Shown one piece after another: positions 55,701-58,320 of a DNA stretch of 58,320 bases. A model generated the notes under the pieces. That model ran no database searches. It saw only the letters and a list, made by a program, of their open reading frames with translations, and was not told where the DNA came from. Where the stretch lies: positions 1 through 58,320 of IMG/VR virus record IMGVR_UViG_3300046791_000324; one strand, given 5' to 3'. The position numbers and the translations under genes are program-made. Position 1 is the first letter of the stretch. Each line of letters starts with the position of its first letter. This stretch comes from a virus. Taxonomy: Duplodnaviria > Caudoviricetes.

Positions 55701-58320
55701 CCCCAGCCCTTCGCTCAACCACGCCAGGAGAGAATCGGTCCTCGGGACGAATGCGGTTCGTCACGTCGATGCCGGGGACGTAGGTGCCGGCTGTGCCCTT
55801 CTTGATGTCCGCCGCGGTGAGCAGAGCGTCCTTGACTGACATCGGTTCTCCGCCGCCTTCGAGCCGCTCGAAGCGACCTTCAAAAATCTTGTTGCGAAGT
55901 GCGATGGGCTCCGGTGCAACTGCCATGCCTTCGACGAGTTCAACGCCGTCCTTCTGTAGCTGCGCGAACATCTCTCGATAGACAACCTCGCCGAGGCCCT
56001 TGCCTCGCGCCGACTTGTCGATTTGAATCATCGCGAGGTCCGCGGTCTTCGGGTCAATCTGTTTCGAGGTCGCGTAGCCGATTGGCTCGCCGTTCTTGAA
56101 GACGTTGACCGTGCGGTTGCCCTTCTCTCCGGTGACGCGGAAATCGAAGCCCTGCTTTTCCAGCTCCTGGCCCTTGGCGGTAGCCGGAGAAAAGCTCTCG
56201 CCTTCCTTCATCAGGAAAGGAGGCTTCGGCGTGGTGCCGGACTCCTTGGCGTAGCGTTCGAGGCCGCCCTTGGCGCTCGCGATGCCTTGCGCGGCTTCCC
56301 AAGCCTCGCGGTAAAACTGTCCCTTGGTCGCGTGCGCCATCGCAGCGTCCGTGTCGCCGTCAGCCATCGCGGACTTGAAGTCGTCGCCGGCCTTCTTGGC
56401 GAGGTCAGACAGACGCGTGAGGTCCGCGCGGTCCTTGAGGCCGAGCCCAAGGCGATAGGCCTCTTGCGTGAGCCCGCCCTTGAAGGCCTGCGTGGTTTTA
56501 GCCCACTCTTCCGGAGATTGTTTTAGCAGCTTCGCAGCTTCGTCCACGTTGCTGACGGAAAACTTGCCCGCCACTTTTTCAACTGTCGATGGGCGCGTGA
56601 GAATGGTCTCTCCCGTTCCGCCGGTCGGGATTGGTTTGCCGCTGGACACGTCGAAGACGGACTCTTGGTTGTTCTGCGCTCCGATTGCCCGGGCCTCGGC
56701 CTCCTTTGATTTCGGGACGACGACGTTGAGGTCCGCGGAGATGCGACCATCGGCCAAACGGAACAAGCCGGCCTTGACGTTCGGATTCTTGGAGGCCAGC
56801 TCGTGGTGTTTGTCCAGAAAGGCCTGCACGGCTTCCGGCGTCACTTTGTCCGCAGCAAAATTCTCGCTGGCGAGCGTGACGACGAGCACGTCTTTGTTTT
56901 TCGGGCTGAACACAGTGCCGTCGAAGTTAAAGGACTCTCCGCCCTTCTCGCCTTTCAACACCTTGTCGAACTCCGCTCGGAACTCCGGGTTGGAGCTGAC
57001 AGAAAAGCCGCCGCGGGTGATGTCAGTCGAGCCGCCTCGTCCGGCCATATCGGGACGCGGGGTGACGGACTCGATATTTTCCCGGTTGATGTTCTCGGTG
57101 ACCTCGATGAGGTTCTCGACTGGCGCACCAGCGGCGCGTAATTCGTTCCGCAGCGGGTTCACTTCCATGATGCTGCGCGCAGTCAGCTCTCCTGCGATTG
57201 GCTTGAAGGTTTTCGCCTTCACGTCGGCAGCGGTGAAGCCGGCGGGAGTCGCGGGCTTCTTGCCCTGCATCTCCGCGAGGAGCTGGCCCTTGATGTTGCC
57301 CGGGACCTTCGCGCCCGCGGGGGAGCGAGTCGTCTCGGGAATGTTCAGGCCCTGCACCAGATTCAAAAAGTCGGTGCGCGCTGGCGAGATGACGGCTGCG
57401 GGTCCGCGCGGGTCTTCCGGCGGAATACTCTGGCCAACGTCTTTCGTCCGGGTCTCGGGCGAGAGCTTTTCACCATCGCCGCGGAAGCCGCGGTCCTGGT
57501 TCGTCCAGTAGTCCTTGAGGTCTTGCACGGCCTCGCTCCATCCGGCGTGCGTGAGCTTGCCGGCGGCGTCCACTTCGTAAGGGAGGGTGACTTTCTTGTC
57601 GGCGGACATGTCCACCGCGTTCTTGATGTTCGCGAGGACCTTGTCGAGGCTCCGCGCGGTGATTTGCTTGCCGGCTTTCAGCCAGCGAGTAGGGAAAAAA
57701 GTTTTCTGGTGCTGCTCCCGGATGTCTTCGGGAACCGCGCCCATCGCTTCGGCGACATAGGCCGCCTCTTGCTCGGCTCGGCGTTCGCCGCGGGCAACGG
57801 GCTTCTCTGGGGTCGGGCCGCCTTCGCGGATGACGCCCTTGTGAACGATTTCGACGGCGTGTCCGGCTTCCATTGAGGCGTTGATTGCCTGGACGTGCGC
57901 GGCCTGGGCGGAGTCGCCGGCCTTATTGGCGGCGGCCACGGCTTGGTCAGCGTTTGTGACCTTGGCGCGCTCTGCGGCAAAGTCGGCCTGCTCCTTAGGG
58001 GTCACCCGGATGTTCGGGACCGTAGAAACTACCGGCGCAGGGGCCTCCGGGCGAACGGGAGTAGGGATTGGTGCGGGCTCTGGGGCCGCCGGGGGCGCTT
58101 CGGGCGTAGGGGTAGCCGCTGCCGGGCGCACGTCCGAGGGTGACAGGGGCTCAGACGCCTTGCGGCTCGTCCTAGAGGCTCCTGGGGCCTCTTCGCCTGG
58201 GGGCGTTACGGGCTTCGGCGGGTTGAGGGTGCCGTCCTCCGCGCGCTTGGTGATGTCCTTGAGAAAATCTTGGCCAATTTTCAGCTCGGCGTGACCGGGA
58301 CGGACTCCGAGGGCACTGAC
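52771..58320 (-). CDS. Giant polyvalent protein, probably an injected virion protein (5'-truncated, at least 1849 aa)
   Basis: Frame open to the window end; two GNAT-like domains (RGKGLG, QRKGIA), an ART-like domain (FKKWFG...VVYHGT...GKGFYFT), C-terminal WY...GATS domain. Confidence 0.85.
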   Translation of the reverse strand, partial: VSALGVRPGHAELKIGQDFLKDITKRAEDGTLNPPKPVTPPGEEAPGASRTSRKASEPLSPSDVRPAAATPTPEAPPAAPEPAPIPTPVRPEAPAPVVSTVPNIRVTPKEQADFAAERAKVTNADQAVAAANKAGDSAQAAHVQAINASMEAGHAVEIVHKGVIREGGPTPEKPVARGERRAEQEAAYVAEAMGAVPEDIREQHQKTFFPTRWLKAGKQITARSLDKVLANIKNAVDMSADKKVTLPYEVDAAGKLTHAGWSEAVQDLKDYWTNQDRGFRGDGEKLSPETRTKDVGQSIPPEDPRGPAAVISPARTDFLNLVQGLNIPETTRSPAGAKVPGNIKGQLLAEMQGKKPATPAGFTAADVKAKTFKPIAGELTARSIMEVNPLRNELRAAGAPVENLIEVTENINRENIESVTPRPDMAGRGGSTDITRGGFSVSSNPEFRAEFDKVLKGEKGGESFNFDGTVFSPKNKDVLVVTLASENFAADKVTPEAVQAFLDKHHELASKNPNVKAGLFRLADGRISADLNVVVPKSKEAEARAIGAQNNQESVFDVSSGKPIPTGGTGETILTRPSTVEKVAGKFSVSNVDEAAKLLKQSPEEWAKTTQAFKGGLTQEAYRLGLGLKDRADLTRLSDLAKKAGDDFKSAMADGDTDAAMAHATKGQFYREAWEAAQGIASAKGGLERYAKESGTTPKPPFLMKEGESFSPATAKGQELEKQGFDFRVTGEKGNRTVNVFKNGEPIGYATSKQIDPKTADLAMIQIDKSARGKGLGEVVYREMFAQLQKDGVELVEGMAVAPEPIALRNKIFEGRFERLEGGGEPMSVKDALLTAADIKKGTAGTYVPGIDVTNRIRPEDRFSPGVVERRAGGFDVVSRDEDGNVVGKLQIDYTGQKSAVVAAVDVDEAHQRKGIAMDLYKRAKRELRAHGVDTLRGSLEGSGPLQIRESVFGKGNTKYTAGGPLSTEEARKIMDEDFGRVIAESKFSPALAGAEPSKASQEKARKAWVEQGTESPYFKKWFGKSEVVDPARPGDPQVVYHGTTHEFTQFDNKNTNIENDLGKGFYFTSDPHDVGKNYAGEGPDLTSRLEQEAERIMSDSEHDISHDEAMDVARKKLKGSHGGATMPAYLAIKKPFRLGSKVSGSGQTVLEGRQLDKFLQHLQENTDRYSEADGHALVQDVRENLSLYDESDSVRASELVKTIKDSEHIAYAMDDNTGEFARAEIIRQTIEDSGFDGIIDETVSDKFRGMNLSPDTIHYIAFKPEQIKSATGNVGTFRKTSQDVRFSVSKVPTDKEVTAALSEDKKSFVGAHRDLEPGTPVGLRIDIPAFTRHGTYVVTVHEKAKGGSVGKRIGYDSVATVDNPTFFSNERGAEKIREGAPKFPIATVEGEFNPSRSIPQNLEGWTEVGFNPNKHSYFYEKGTDEPVVGGSQAVSAGNSVFVKDAKFGNKEDFAFSVEPEKKKSETVLGKGGQKFQKQGTPEFNAYVENKIEKSKTFPEAFPLEFQKGKDGNYKSQWDGDALPVAKPYGLLKSDLAEKSGSKEAFRDALAKKLQREYHKAKADPAIAEGEFWYSTFRDKIGKVLGDDTKFFCELLGATSAQQAVGPNFKDALAAYNQFKTGAYNSMIEKYREGKKKFNEGDLEEFSKETGKTGKKADYAAFMGWWAKKHNLLPTKANGKKFGMNSRAVMKVLDRSWLEGVEGPKTPNFTGNLSGTTFKATIDVWAMRSLTRLAGEDSGKPWRIQPANESGVSDPDFYFGQDAFQKAADDLGIKADALQAIIWFAEKDLWEKNGWTAAAGKAKSDYNTLLDRTTRTPEGLLDLKEADVKPKVKKTKVAKTLEAGDIKKK

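Noticed and set aside
1-58320. CRISPR array, DGR/retron reverse transcriptase, inteins, rRNA
   Set aside because: No regularly spaced direct repeats, RT motifs or intein splice motifs were noticed; the Cas4-like gene is a solo phage nuclease

Overview
Most of a GC-rich tailed-phage genome (podovirus-like gene order, host not determinable). It is cut at both ends: a gene starts at 60 and runs off the left edge, and a giant virion protein gene is open to 58320. The minus strand from 1 to 19.7 kb carries the major capsid protein, an EndoVII nuclease, scaffold, portal, TerL, four glycosyltransferase-like genes plus an NDP-sugar epimerase, a serine recombinase and a probable TerS. A ~60-bp inverted repeat around an AT-rich spacer marks the strand switch at 19.75-19.91 kb. 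The plus strand from 19.9 to 51.9 kb carries many small early genes with repeated promoter cassettes, plus SF2 and UvrD helicases, RNA ligase, a Cas4-like nuclease, DNA polymerase A, primase-helicase, a sigma factor, RuvC, a phosphoesterase, a nucleotidyltransferase, a HAD phosphatase and a Mom-like modifier. The minus strand from 52 kb carries a polyvalent (GNAT/ART) giant protein. The most unusual signal is a set of about 10 structured non-coding RNAs in three loci (13.6-14.5, 18.3-18.4 and 47.8-48.2 kb). Most keep a tRNA acceptor stem and T arm, five encode CCA, and the D, anticodon or variable domains are replaced by extended or unfamiliar folds. Two promoter classes are also visible, one possibly read by the phage sigma factor. 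Protein calls come from motif recognition by eye and RNA folds were paired by hand. No database searches were run.
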